Source: an uncultured virus (IMG/VR IMGVR_UViG_3300032087_002549) | Taxonomy: Duplodnaviria > Heunggongvirae > Uroviricota > Caudoviricetes > Crassvirales | Strand: one strand, 5' to 3' | Virus record (IMG/VR): IMGVR_UViG_3300032087_002549 | DNA: 20,000 bases | Shown here: in pieces, positions 8,551 through 16,319 of the stretch | How positions within the stretch are numbered: position 1 is the stretch's first letter | Layout of the letters: each line of letters starts with the position of its first letter | Program-made: the position numbers and the translations under genes | Notes under the pieces: model-generated | The model's input: only the letters and a program-made list of their open reading frames with translations | Databases searched by the model: none | Told to the model about the DNA's origin: nothing

Positions 8551-8675
8551 TATTAAGCTCGTACACTTGGAAGCCTAAAAAGAAAAGACCAGGCATTCAC
8601 GGTAAAAAGAGAAACACTAACAATAAAAACGGTAAGTACTATAATGGTACTGCTTATAGAGGACAAGGAAGATAA
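8538..8675 (+). CDS. small basic protein ending YRGQGR (45 aa)
   Basis: Read by eye: MGRLILSSYTWKPKKKRPGIHGKKRNTNNKNGKYYNGTAYRGQGR. A C-terminal YRGQG(R/K) motif recurs in small marine phage proteins. Confidence 0.65.
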   Translation: MGRLILSSYTWKPKKKRPGIHGKKRNTNNKNGKYYNGTAYRGQGR

Positions 8676-8676
8676 T

Positions 8677-8817
8677 ATGAAAAGTTGGGAATTAAGTTTT
8701 GGCCTGTTTACAGGATTTTTATTTGGATATAGATCGTATCCAGATGCAGAAAACAATAAGATAGATCATGTATTTTATGTATTTATATTTGACATTTGTT
8801 TAACACTACAATATTAA
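8677..8817 (+). CDS. small hydrophobic hypothetical protein (46 aa)
   Basis: Read by eye: MKSWELSFGLFTGFLFGYRSY...DHVFYVFIFDICLTLQY. It is spaced 1 bp from each neighbour. Confidence 0.6.
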   Translation: MKSWELSFGLFTGFLFGYRSYPDAENNKIDHVFYVFIFDICLTLQY

Positions 8818-8818
8818 T

Positions 8819-9787
8819 ATGGGATTATTTGATAACAGAATAGCGTATAAACCTTTTGAGTACCCAGAGTATTATACTGAGGGTTGGTTGAAACAAGCTC
8901 AAGCGTTTTGGTTACACACAGAAATACCTATGTCAGGTGATGTAAAAGACTGGAATGAACATTTAACAAAAGAAGAAAAAAACCTAGTAGGAAATATACT
9001 ACTAGGCTTTGCTCAAACAGAATGTGCAGTGTCTGATTATTGGACACAAAAAGTTGTAGGATGGTTTCCTAAACACGAGATACAACAAATGGCAATGATG
9101 TTTGGTTCACAAGAAACTATACACGCAGTAGCATATAGTTACTTAAATGAAACTTTAGGTCTTGAGGACTTTGAAGCTTTCTTACATGAGCCAGCAACAG
9201 CAGAGAGGTTTGATAATCTAGTGGCTTATGATGGTAATGATCCTGTAGAGATCGGTAAGTCTTTAGCTGTGTTTAGTGCATTTGCTGAAGGCGTTAGTTT
9301 ATATTCTGCGTTTGCAGTTTTATATAGCTTTCAAATGAGAAACTTGTTAAAAGGTGTAGGTCAACAAATGAAATGGAGTGTAAGAGATGAATCATTACAT
9401 AGCCGCATGGGCTGTAGATTATTCAGACATATGTGTGAAGAAAAAGACTTTTTAAAAGAGTCTTGTAAACCACATATAATAGAAGCCGCGCAAGTTATGC
9501 ACGATGCTGAAATGAAATATATAGATAAGATGTTTGAAGCAGGAGATATTGAAGGAATGAAATCTTATGATTTAAAACAATTTATAAAGAAAAGAATAAA
9601 TGAAAAACTTGTGGAGCTCGGATACAAAGAGCTCTCAAAAGAATTTAAATACGACGAAGAAGCGGCAAAAGAGCTTGATTGGTTTTATCATCTTACTGGT
9701 GGTCATACCCATACTGACTTTTTTGCTATTAGGTCGACAGACTACAGTAAAGCAAATGAGGGAGAAGATTTCGAAAATATCTGGTAA
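8819..9787 (+). CDS. nrdB: class I ribonucleotide reductase beta subunit
   Basis: KPFEYP, FW..TEI....D..DW, QTE, ETIH..AY, AEGVSLYSAF, RDESLH, C-terminal DFF..R..DY. Confidence 0.95.
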   Translation: MGLFDNRIAYKPFEYPEYYTEGWLKQAQAFWLHTEIPMSGDVKDWNEHLTKEEKNLVGNILLGFAQTECAVSDYWTQKVVGWFPKHEIQQMAMMFGSQETIHAVAYSYLNETLGLEDFEAFLHEPATAERFDNLVAYDGNDPVEIGKSLAVFSAFAEGVSLYSAFAVLYSFQMRNLLKGVGQQMKWSVRDESLHSRMGCRLFRHMCEEKDFLKESCKPHIIEAAQVMHDAEMKYIDKMFEAGDIEGMKSYDLKQFIKKRINEKLVELGYKELSKEFKYDEEAAKELDWFYHLTGGHTHTDFFAIRSTDYSKANEGEDFENIW

Positions 9788-9792
9788 ATAAT

Positions 9793-11514
9793 ATGTGGAG
9801 CAATAGATGGAAAAAAGGCGAAGACTACCCAGAGTGGGCAGACGCCGATGTATATAAAAAAACAATAACAGGAGGATATTTACATAATGGAGAAACACCA
9901 AGAGAAGCGTACAGAAGAGTTGCTAGAACGGTTGCGCAAAGACTACAGAAACCAGAAATGGAAGAGACGTTTTTTACGTACATATGGAAAGGTTGGTTAT
10001 GTCTTGCGTCACCTGTACTTAGCAATACTGGTACTGACCGTGGCTTGCCTATTAGTTGCTTTGGTATCGATGTTGCTGATAGCATTTACGACATAGGTAC
10101 TAAAAACCTAGAAATGATGCTACTAGCTAAGCATGGCGGTGGTGTTGGTATTGGTCTAAACATGATAAGACCTTCTGGTGCAAATATTACAATGAATGGT
10201 ACATCAGATGGTGTTGTACCTTTCTGTAAAATATATGACTCTACAATACTAGCTACCAACCAAGGAGCTGTAAGAAGAGGTGCTGCATCAGTTAACTTAA
10301 ATATAGATCATAAAGACTGGGAAGACTGGTTAGAAATAAGAGAGCCTAAAGGTGATGTTAATAGACAATCATTAAACCTACATCAATGTACTATAATTGG
10401 TGATAAGTTTATGCGTAAGCTTAGAGATGGTGATAAAGTTGCAAGACGTAAATGGGGTAAATTGCTACAAAAGCGTAAAGCAACAGGTGAACCTTATATA
10501 ATGTACAAGGGTAATATTAATAAAAATAACCCAGCTGCATACAAAGATAATGCTCTGAAAGTATTTATGACAAATATTTGTTCAGAGATAGTATTACACA
10601 CGGATGAAAACCATAGCTTCGTTTGCTGTTTATCTAGTTTAAACTTAGCTAAATACCACGAATGGAAAGACTCTAATTTAATATATGATAGCATATGGTT
10701 TTTAGACGGTGTATTAGAAGAGTTTATACAGAAAGCAAAAAATAGAAGAGGATTTGAAAACGCTGTAAGATCTGCAGAAAAAGGTAGAGCACTAGGTTTA
10801 GGTGTTTTAGGTTGGCATACATATCTACAACAAAAAGGATTTCCTTTTGAAGGATTATTAGCACAATATGAGACAAGAAGAATATTTTCACAAATTAAAA
10901 TTGAAAGCGAAAGAGCTAGTATGGCTTTGGCAGAGCAGTATGGAGAACCTCTTTGGTGTGTTGGAACTGGTTTTCGTAATACTCATTTACGTGCTATTGC
11001 TCCTACTGTTAGCAATAGTAAGCTTGCTGGTAATATTTCACCGGGTATTGAACCTTGGGCTGCTAACGTCTTTACAGACCAAAGCGCAAAAGGAACTTTC
11101 ATCCGAAAAAATCCAACTTTAATAAAAGAATTAGAAAAACATAAATTAAACAATAAAAAAACATGGGACCAAATACTGAGAGACGGAGGTTCAATACAAG
11201 GTATCAAACAATTAGAGAACGTTACTATAGGAGAACACAACGTACCTATAAAAGAAGTTTACAAAACTTTTAAAGAAATAAATCAATTAGAGTTAGTTAA
11301 TCAAGCTGGTATCAGACAGCAATATATAGATCAGTCTGTAAGTTTGAATTTAGCTTTCCCTTCACAAGCAGATCCTAAATGGATTAATAAAGTACATTTA
11401 GAAGCTTGGAAAAAAGGTATTAAAACTCTATATTATATGAGAACCGAGTCTGTATTAAGAGGTGATATTGCATCTCAAGCTATGGACCCTAACTGTTTAA
11501 GTTGCGATGGATAA
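9793..11514 (+). CDS. nrdA: class I ribonucleotide reductase alpha subunit (no ATP cone)
   Basis: SPVLSN, PISCF, GGGVG, NICSEI, CCLSSLNL, RALGLG, AIAPT, DQSVSLNL, KTLYY, C-terminal CLSCDG. Confidence 0.95.
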   Translation: MWSNRWKKGEDYPEWADADVYKKTITGGYLHNGETPREAYRRVARTVAQRLQKPEMEETFFTYIWKGWLCLASPVLSNTGTDRGLPISCFGIDVADSIYDIGTKNLEMMLLAKHGGGVGIGLNMIRPSGANITMNGTSDGVVPFCKIYDSTILATNQGAVRRGAASVNLNIDHKDWEDWLEIREPKGDVNRQSLNLHQCTIIGDKFMRKLRDGDKVARRKWGKLLQKRKATGEPYIMYKGNINKNNPAAYKDNALKVFMTNICSEIVLHTDENHSFVCCLSSLNLAKYHEWKDSNLIYDSIWFLDGVLEEFIQKAKNRRGFENAVRSAEKGRALGLGVLGWHTYLQQKGFPFEGLLAQYETRRIFSQIKIESERASMALAEQYGEPLWCVGTGFRNTHLRAIAPTVSNSKLAGNISPGIEPWAANVFTDQSAKGTFIRKNPTLIKELEKHKLNNKKTWDQILRDGGSIQGIKQLENVTIGEHNVPIKEVYKTFKEINQLELVNQAGIRQQYIDQSVSLNLAFPSQADPKWINKVHLEAWKKGIKTLYYMRTESVLRGDIASQAMDPNCLSCDG

Positions 11515-12334
11515 TATAACAATAAAACAAATACTAGATCCAGTCGATCCTAAGAGGTTCTGGCTGAACTATTGGGGTAAAAAACATTTAGTTATTAGAA
11601 GAAATACATTTAAAAATTTATTTAAATGGCATGATTTTACTAATTTATTAAATGGTTACCCTAGAAATTTAAACCACTTACAGATACTAGATTATGATGG
11701 TAAAGGTAATAAGTGGTGTTTAGATAAAGTAAATAAAGGTAAATTAAAATTACCTATGTTAAAGAAAAAAGAAGTATTAGACCTGTGGAGGTCTGGTAAA
11801 ACATTTGTTCTTTCAATGGCAGAATATACTAAACAAGACTTTGTTGAAATATGCGATGAGCTTGAAAGATATTTTGAAAGAGGTCAAGTTAATATATATT
11901 GCTCAAGTAAAAAAGATGCTGTTGGTTTTCCAGCGCATTGCGATAGTACAGAAAACTTTTTGTTTCATACAGAGGGTAAAGTTAAATGGACTATATATGA
12001 TAACTCTGCACCTGAAAGAAAACCTGGAAAGGTTATTGATGAGTTTGTTTTAGAAGCTGGAGATTTATTGTACATACCACAGTACAGATACCATAAAGCC
12101 GAATCACTTACGCCTAGAATATCTATAAGTATTCATTTTCCAAACAAACAAAATCAATCATTAAAAAAGTTTCAGATAACTAAAAAAGGTGTGAAAAGAG
12201 ATGGTTGGTATAACTGGATGCCCGAAGATTTATATTATGATGCTAAAGGTAATAGCACAAGAGATGTACCTAGAAAATTTAGGATGGGCGGAACACGATG
12301 GAAAGAAACGTATTTTAATAATTTAAAAAAATGA
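11507..12334 (+). CDS. JmjC/cupin-4 Fe(II)/2-oxoglutarate dioxygenase (RoxA/YcfD-like)
   Basis: F...YWGKK.LVIRR, N.Y.S.....GF.AHCD...NF....EG...W, LEAGDLLYIP...YH (HxD...H triad). Confidence 0.85.
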   Translation: MDNITIKQILDPVDPKRFWLNYWGKKHLVIRRNTFKNLFKWHDFTNLLNGYPRNLNHLQILDYDGKGNKWCLDKVNKGKLKLPMLKKKEVLDLWRSGKTFVLSMAEYTKQDFVEICDELERYFERGQVNIYCSSKKDAVGFPAHCDSTENFLFHTEGKVKWTIYDNSAPERKPGKVIDEFVLEAGDLLYIPQYRYHKAESLTPRISISIHFPNKQNQSLKKFQITKKGVKRDGWYNWMPEDLYYDAKGNSTRDVPRKFRMGGTRWKETYFNNLKK

Positions 12335-12531
12335 ATAGAGTAGCAATAGTAGAAGCTCCTCACAATATTAGAAACGCAACGTTAATGCCTAATTTGAATA
12401 AGGCGTTTTGCGCTAAATGGGTTATTGACAATGTAGAAAAGATAGAGGATATTGAAACAAAGGATTATGATTGTTTAATATTGTTTGGTGATAAAGAAAA
12501 ATTACAAAAAATAGTAAATGAAAGCAGGTAA
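12331..12531 (+). CDS. hypothetical protein (66 aa)
   Basis: Overlaps both neighbours (ATGA at 12331), consistent with translational coupling. Confidence 0.6.
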   Translation: MNRVAIVEAPHNIRNATLMPNLNKAFCAKWVIDNVEKIEDIETKDYDCLILFGDKEKLQKIVNESR

Positions 12532-12862
12532 AATATGGGGTAAAACAGAAATGATACATAAAAATGGTGTCATGGAGTTTCACCGAATAGAATTTAATAA
12601 AGGATTTAAATGCTCTGAACATGAGCATAGATTTAAATGGAACGGATTTTTTGTAGAATCCGGTAAAATGCTTGTCAGGGTATGGCAAGAAGATCAAGGT
12701 CTTGTTGATGAAACAATACTTGAAGCAGGTGATTTTACTATGGTAAAACCTGGTAAGATACATCAGTTTGAAGGTGTTGAAGATGGTGTTGCTTTTGAAT
12801 TATATTGGGCTGAGTTTAATCACGATGATATAATCAGAAGAACAGCTGGTACTAAGACATGA
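12518..12862 (+). CDS. cupin-domain protein, sugar isomerase-like
   Basis: KIWG, CSEHEH..K.N.F.VESG, L.AGD...VKPG.IHQF: cupin motifs 1 and 2, resembling small mannose-6-P / D-lyxose isomerase-type cupins. Confidence 0.7.
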   Translation: MKAGKIWGKTEMIHKNGVMEFHRIEFNKGFKCSEHEHRFKWNGFFVESGKMLVRVWQEDQGLVDETILEAGDFTMVKPGKIHQFEGVEDGVAFELYWAEFNHDDIIRRTAGTKT

Positions 12863-13497
12863 AAAACATAGCGGTAGTTATACCAGCAAGACTTAATAGT
12901 ACTAGACTCAAACACAAAATGTTAATGAAGTTCGATGATGAACCTCTAATACGTCTTGTGTTTGATAAAGTACGTATGATGGGATATGATACATTTGTAG
13001 CAACAGACAGCAAGCGTATTGCTAAACTGTTTCCTATGAAATGGTGTATACAAACAGGTAAAGCCGATAACGGTACACATAGATTATCTAAACGAGTTGT
13101 ATTAGATTTAGTAAATGGATATGATTATGTATTAAACATACAAGGTGATATGCTTGATATAAATCTAGATACAATTAAACCTATAATAAAAGCATTAAAC
13201 AAAAAAGATGTAGTATGTTTAACTGCATATACTAAAGGCGCTAAATCAGATGATGTTAAAGTTATACATCAAAATGGTAAAGCAATGTGGTTTACAAGAT
13301 CTGACATAGGTTATGGTGATAGACACTTAGGTATATATGCTTATAAACCTTATTTGTTAAAAGCATATAGAGCTATGAAAGATAAATATAAATCAGAAAA
13401 CTTAGAACAAAACAAAATATTAGGTTTATACGATATTGATGTAGTTGAAACTACATATAATGGCGTAGAAATTAACACTTATAATGATATAAAATGA
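12859..13497 (+). CDS. kdsB: CMP-Kdo synthetase (3-deoxy-manno-octulosonate cytidylyltransferase)
   Basis: VIPARLNSTRL..K.L, VATD, NGT.R, NIQGD, VKV.......A.WFTR, HLGIYAY, E.LEQ. Confidence 0.9.
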   Translation: MKNIAVVIPARLNSTRLKHKMLMKFDDEPLIRLVFDKVRMMGYDTFVATDSKRIAKLFPMKWCIQTGKADNGTHRLSKRVVLDLVNGYDYVLNIQGDMLDINLDTIKPIIKALNKKDVVCLTAYTKGAKSDDVKVIHQNGKAMWFTRSDIGYGDRHLGIYAYKPYLLKAYRAMKDKYKSENLEQNKILGLYDIDVVETTYNGVEINTYNDIK

Positions 13498-14120
13498 AAT
13501 ATGCAGAAAAATACAAAGCACTACACGAAGGTGCTGAATATAAAATAAAATATCCAGACGGCGAATGGAGAGTAAAAAAAGGTAACTATGGTAATGGTGC
13601 AGGTTTTAAAACTGTACTAAAACCTGTTAAAAAGTGGGTTGATGAAAACCCTGGCACAATGTTATTAGATTATGGTTGTGGATCTGGTATGGTTTGGGAT
13701 AATAAAATGGCTATTTACAACGGTGAAAAATATACTAAACCAGGTAAACGTGTTCCTGAAAAATATGATGCCATGACACTTACACAGTTTCTTGGTGAAA
13801 ACTTACAGGGTTTTTACAGGTACGATCCTTTTCACCCTAAGTATTATATGAGACCACCAGATATTAAATTTGATTTAACAGTTGTTAATGATGTTATAGA
13901 GCACGTGCCATTAGAAGAGCTGCCTGCATTGTTAAGAGATATAGCTGATTTAACGTGTACTTGTGGCGCAATAGTAATGTCAATACCACAAAGCCCTTCA
14001 CACGCGCATTTTATGGACGGTGAAAATATGCACTGCACGTTAATGCCAAGAGGTGAGTGGAAAAAATTATTAAGAAAATATATACCAAAACATAAAATAA
14101 TAATAAATTTTACTCCATGA
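13494..14120 (+). CDS. class I SAM-dependent methyltransferase
   Basis: LLDYGCGSG, YDP, FDL....DVIEHVP, DGEN.H.T.....W: a small-molecule or sugar-type MTase pattern. No DPPY/NPPY or PC motif of DNA MTases. Confidence 0.85.
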   Translation: MKYAEKYKALHEGAEYKIKYPDGEWRVKKGNYGNGAGFKTVLKPVKKWVDENPGTMLLDYGCGSGMVWDNKMAIYNGEKYTKPGKRVPEKYDAMTLTQFLGENLQGFYRYDPFHPKYYMRPPDIKFDLTVVNDVIEHVPLEELPALLRDIADLTCTCGAIVMSIPQSPSHAHFMDGENMHCTLMPRGEWKKLLRKYIPKHKIIINFTP

Positions 14121-14869
14121 AAAAACCGATATTAATAGCTGGTCCGTGTAGTCTAGAAGGTAGAATACAAGCTCATGAAATATCTAACAAATGTCAAGAG
14201 CTAGCGGACAAATATGGCTTTGACTATTATTTCAAAGCTTCATTTGACAAGGCTAATAGAACGTCTGTAAACTCTAAACGAGGTATTGGTATAGACAAAG
14301 CTATAGATATATTTGCTGAGTTGAAAGATTTAGATAGTTGTAAGATTACAACAGATATACATGAGCCTTGGCAAGCAGATAGGTTAGCTGACGTTGTAGA
14401 CATTATACAAATACCAGCTTATTTATGTAGACAAACTGATTTATTAGTTGCTGCAGGTAATACGTTTAGAAATATTAATATTAAAAAAGGACAGTTTATA
14501 AATGGTAGTAATATGGTGCATGCTGTTAATAAAGTTAAAAGTACAGGTAATAATAATATTATGCTAACTGAAAGAGGTAGTATGTTTGGTATGGGTGATC
14601 TTGTTGTAGATTTTAGACAGATCGTAGATATGAAAGAGTTAGGTGTACCAGTTATAATGGACTGCACCCACTCAACACAAAGACCTAATTCAGGTAGCAC
14701 AACGGCTGGTCAACCACGCTATGCTATACACATTGCAAAAGCTGCGAAAGCAGTTGGCGTTGATGGTTACTTTTTTGAAGTACACGAAAATCCTAGCGCT
14801 GCATGGAGTGACGGGTCTAATATGATTAAGTTAGATAAATTTGAAGAAATATTAAAACAATTAGTATGA
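14117..14869 (+). CDS. kdsA: Kdo-8-phosphate synthase (metal-dependent type)
   Basis: IAGPCSLE, FKASFDKANRTS...RG.G, TDIHE, QIPAYLCRQTDLL, NIKKGQF, TERG, D.THS.Q.P, FFEVH..P..A.SDG. Confidence 0.95.
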   Translation: MKKPILIAGPCSLEGRIQAHEISNKCQELADKYGFDYYFKASFDKANRTSVNSKRGIGIDKAIDIFAELKDLDSCKITTDIHEPWQADRLADVVDIIQIPAYLCRQTDLLVAAGNTFRNINIKKGQFINGSNMVHAVNKVKSTGNNNIMLTERGSMFGMGDLVVDFRQIVDMKELGVPVIMDCTHSTQRPNSGSTTAGQPRYAIHIAKAAKAVGVDGYFFEVHENPSAAWSDGSNMIKLDKFEEILKQLV

Positions 14870-15516
14870 GAGTATTTATAGGGCATGATAGCAGATACCC
14901 AGACGCTACTAAAGCATGCTACAATTCGATTAAAGCATATAACAAAAACATTAAAGTAATACCTTTATATAAACATAAGTTAATAAACAAAGGTGTGTAT
15001 GGTAGAAAAGATATACAAGGTGAATCAACAGAGTTTTCATTTACTAGGTTTTATGTGCCACTTATGTCTGCCTACAAAGGTGTGTCTATGTTTTGTGATA
15101 ATGACTTTATATTTAGAGATGATGTTGCTAAAATTTTTAAACAACTAAACGATAGAGATTTAGTAGCTTGTGTTAAGCATAAGTATTATGAATCAAAATC
15201 TACCAAAATGGACGGCATTGTAAATAAAGCGTATCCAAGAAAAAACTGGAGTTCATTAATGGTTTTTAATAATGAAAAGTTAAAAGATATTTTAACAAAA
15301 GAATATTTAGACAATGCTAGCGCTGCGGATTTACACCAATTAGCTTGGGCTGAAAACAAAATAAGTGAGATTGATAAAATATGGAATCATTTAGTTGGAG
15401 AACAAGATGGTTCTAGTAACGCTAAGGGTATACACTTTACAAATGGTGGACCTTGGTTTAAAGAGTATAAAGATTGTGAATTTGCAAATGAATGGAGAAA
15501 GATATTAGGAAAATAG
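14866..15516 (+). CDS. GT-A glycosyltransferase, CDI/GT8-like
   Basis: VFIG.D.R, STEFSFTRF.VP, F.DND (DxD), KMDG.....YPRKNWSSLM, LHQ..W, WN.LVG, IHFTNGGPWF. Confidence 0.85.
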   Translation: MRVFIGHDSRYPDATKACYNSIKAYNKNIKVIPLYKHKLINKGVYGRKDIQGESTEFSFTRFYVPLMSAYKGVSMFCDNDFIFRDDVAKIFKQLNDRDLVACVKHKYYESKSTKMDGIVNKAYPRKNWSSLMVFNNEKLKDILTKEYLDNASAADLHQLAWAENKISEIDKIWNHLVGEQDGSSNAKGIHFTNGGPWFKEYKDCEFANEWRKILGK

Positions 15517-16319
15517 TAAAAGATAAATCAGTTATATTTGTTGGTAATTCTGTAGAAATAATGAAGCATGAACATGCTAAATTTATAGAAAGCCACGATA
15601 TAGTTGTTAAGTTTGGTAGAGCATTAGAAGCTACATCATTACAAGAAAAATCACTAAGCGAAAGAGTTGATGTATGGGTTACTGGTCAGTTTAGATCTCA
15701 TGCATTTAGAAAAATGAAAGATCATTTTAAACCTGGTGGTAAGTTTGAAAATACACATATATTACTAAATAGATCAAGAGGTAACTTTCATTTAAAAGAG
15801 TTTGTTATTGAAAAACATATGTGTCCTCATTTAATAAAATATGGTTATCAAGAAATGTATAGTGATAAAGAAATTATTGATACTATGAAAGTTTTTGATA
15901 AAGATATTATAGGTACTGATCTTAGACCATCAAGTGGTTTTCTAACTATATTGTGGTTTATAGAAAAAGTTAAAACATATAAAAGCTTATCATTGATAGG
16001 CTTTGATTTCTTTACAAAATCAACACCAGCTAAAAGAGTTGGATATAATAAAAAATCTAAAAAATCAAACATAAGCGCACACGATCCACATAGCTGGCAT
16101 TTACCTATATATTTAAGGGCAGCAAGTGCTCATGATACTTATCTCGAAGAACAATTTGTTTCTTGGTTAACAAGAACAAATCAAGTTACTTGGCATATAT
16201 TAAGTGATTTAAAAAAGAGAAGTATTAAGTATACAGGCTGGGCAAAGAACTTACCAATGATAATAACAGCCTCTAATGAAAGAACTAAATATTACAAATC
16301 AAGGGTTAAAACTACTTAG
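15492..16319 (+). CDS. GT29 (sialyltransferase-like) glycosyltransferase, candidate CMP-Kdo transferase
   Basis: L-motif-like VIFVGNS.........FIESHDIVVKF, S-motif-like RPSSGFLTI.........L.LIGFDFF, VS-like HDTYLE (HxxxxE). Confidence 0.75.
   Translation: MEKDIRKIVKDKSVIFVGNSVEIMKHEHAKFIESHDIVVKFGRALEATSLQEKSLSERVDVWVTGQFRSHAFRKMKDHFKPGGKFENTHILLNRSRGNFHLKEFVIEKHMCPHLIKYGYQEMYSDKEIIDTMKVFDKDIIGTDLRPSSGFLTILWFIEKVKTYKSLSLIGFDFFTKSTPAKRVGYNKKSKKSNISAHDPHSWHLPIYLRAASAHDTYLEEQFVSWLTRTNQVTWHILSDLKKRSIKYTGWAKNLPMIITASNERTKYYKSRVKTT

Noticed and set aside
4370..11514. Inteins or introns in the primase-helicase or RNR genes
   Set aside because: Lengths and motif spacing are normal, with no insertions seen.
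9600..12053. Alternate-frame + strand ORFs (9600-9791, 9887-10096, 10868-11122, 11805-12053)
   Set aside because: They lie almost wholly inside nrdB, nrdA or the JmjC gene, with no motifs or independent support.
13494..14120. DNA methyltransferase
   Set aside because: It lacks DPPY/NPPY and PC catalytic motifs; pattern and context fit a small-molecule or sugar methyltransferase.
14117..14869. DAHP synthase or NeuB sialic acid synthase
   Set aside because: KANRTS and LCRQTDLL are Kdo8P synthase motifs, and kdsB is nearby.
855..16072. Minus-strand ORFs in the track within the + strand module (e.g. 855-1262, 3010-3279, 8553-8756, 9825-10085, 12422-12763, 14419-14700, 15848-16072)
   Set aside because: They are antisense shadows of well-supported + strand genes and have no recognisable motifs.
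11507..16319. Bacterial LPS/capsule locus or host contamination
   Set aside because: The genes overlap phage nrdA on one side and phage late genes on the other, composition looks similar, and there are no transport, waaA or lipid A genes.
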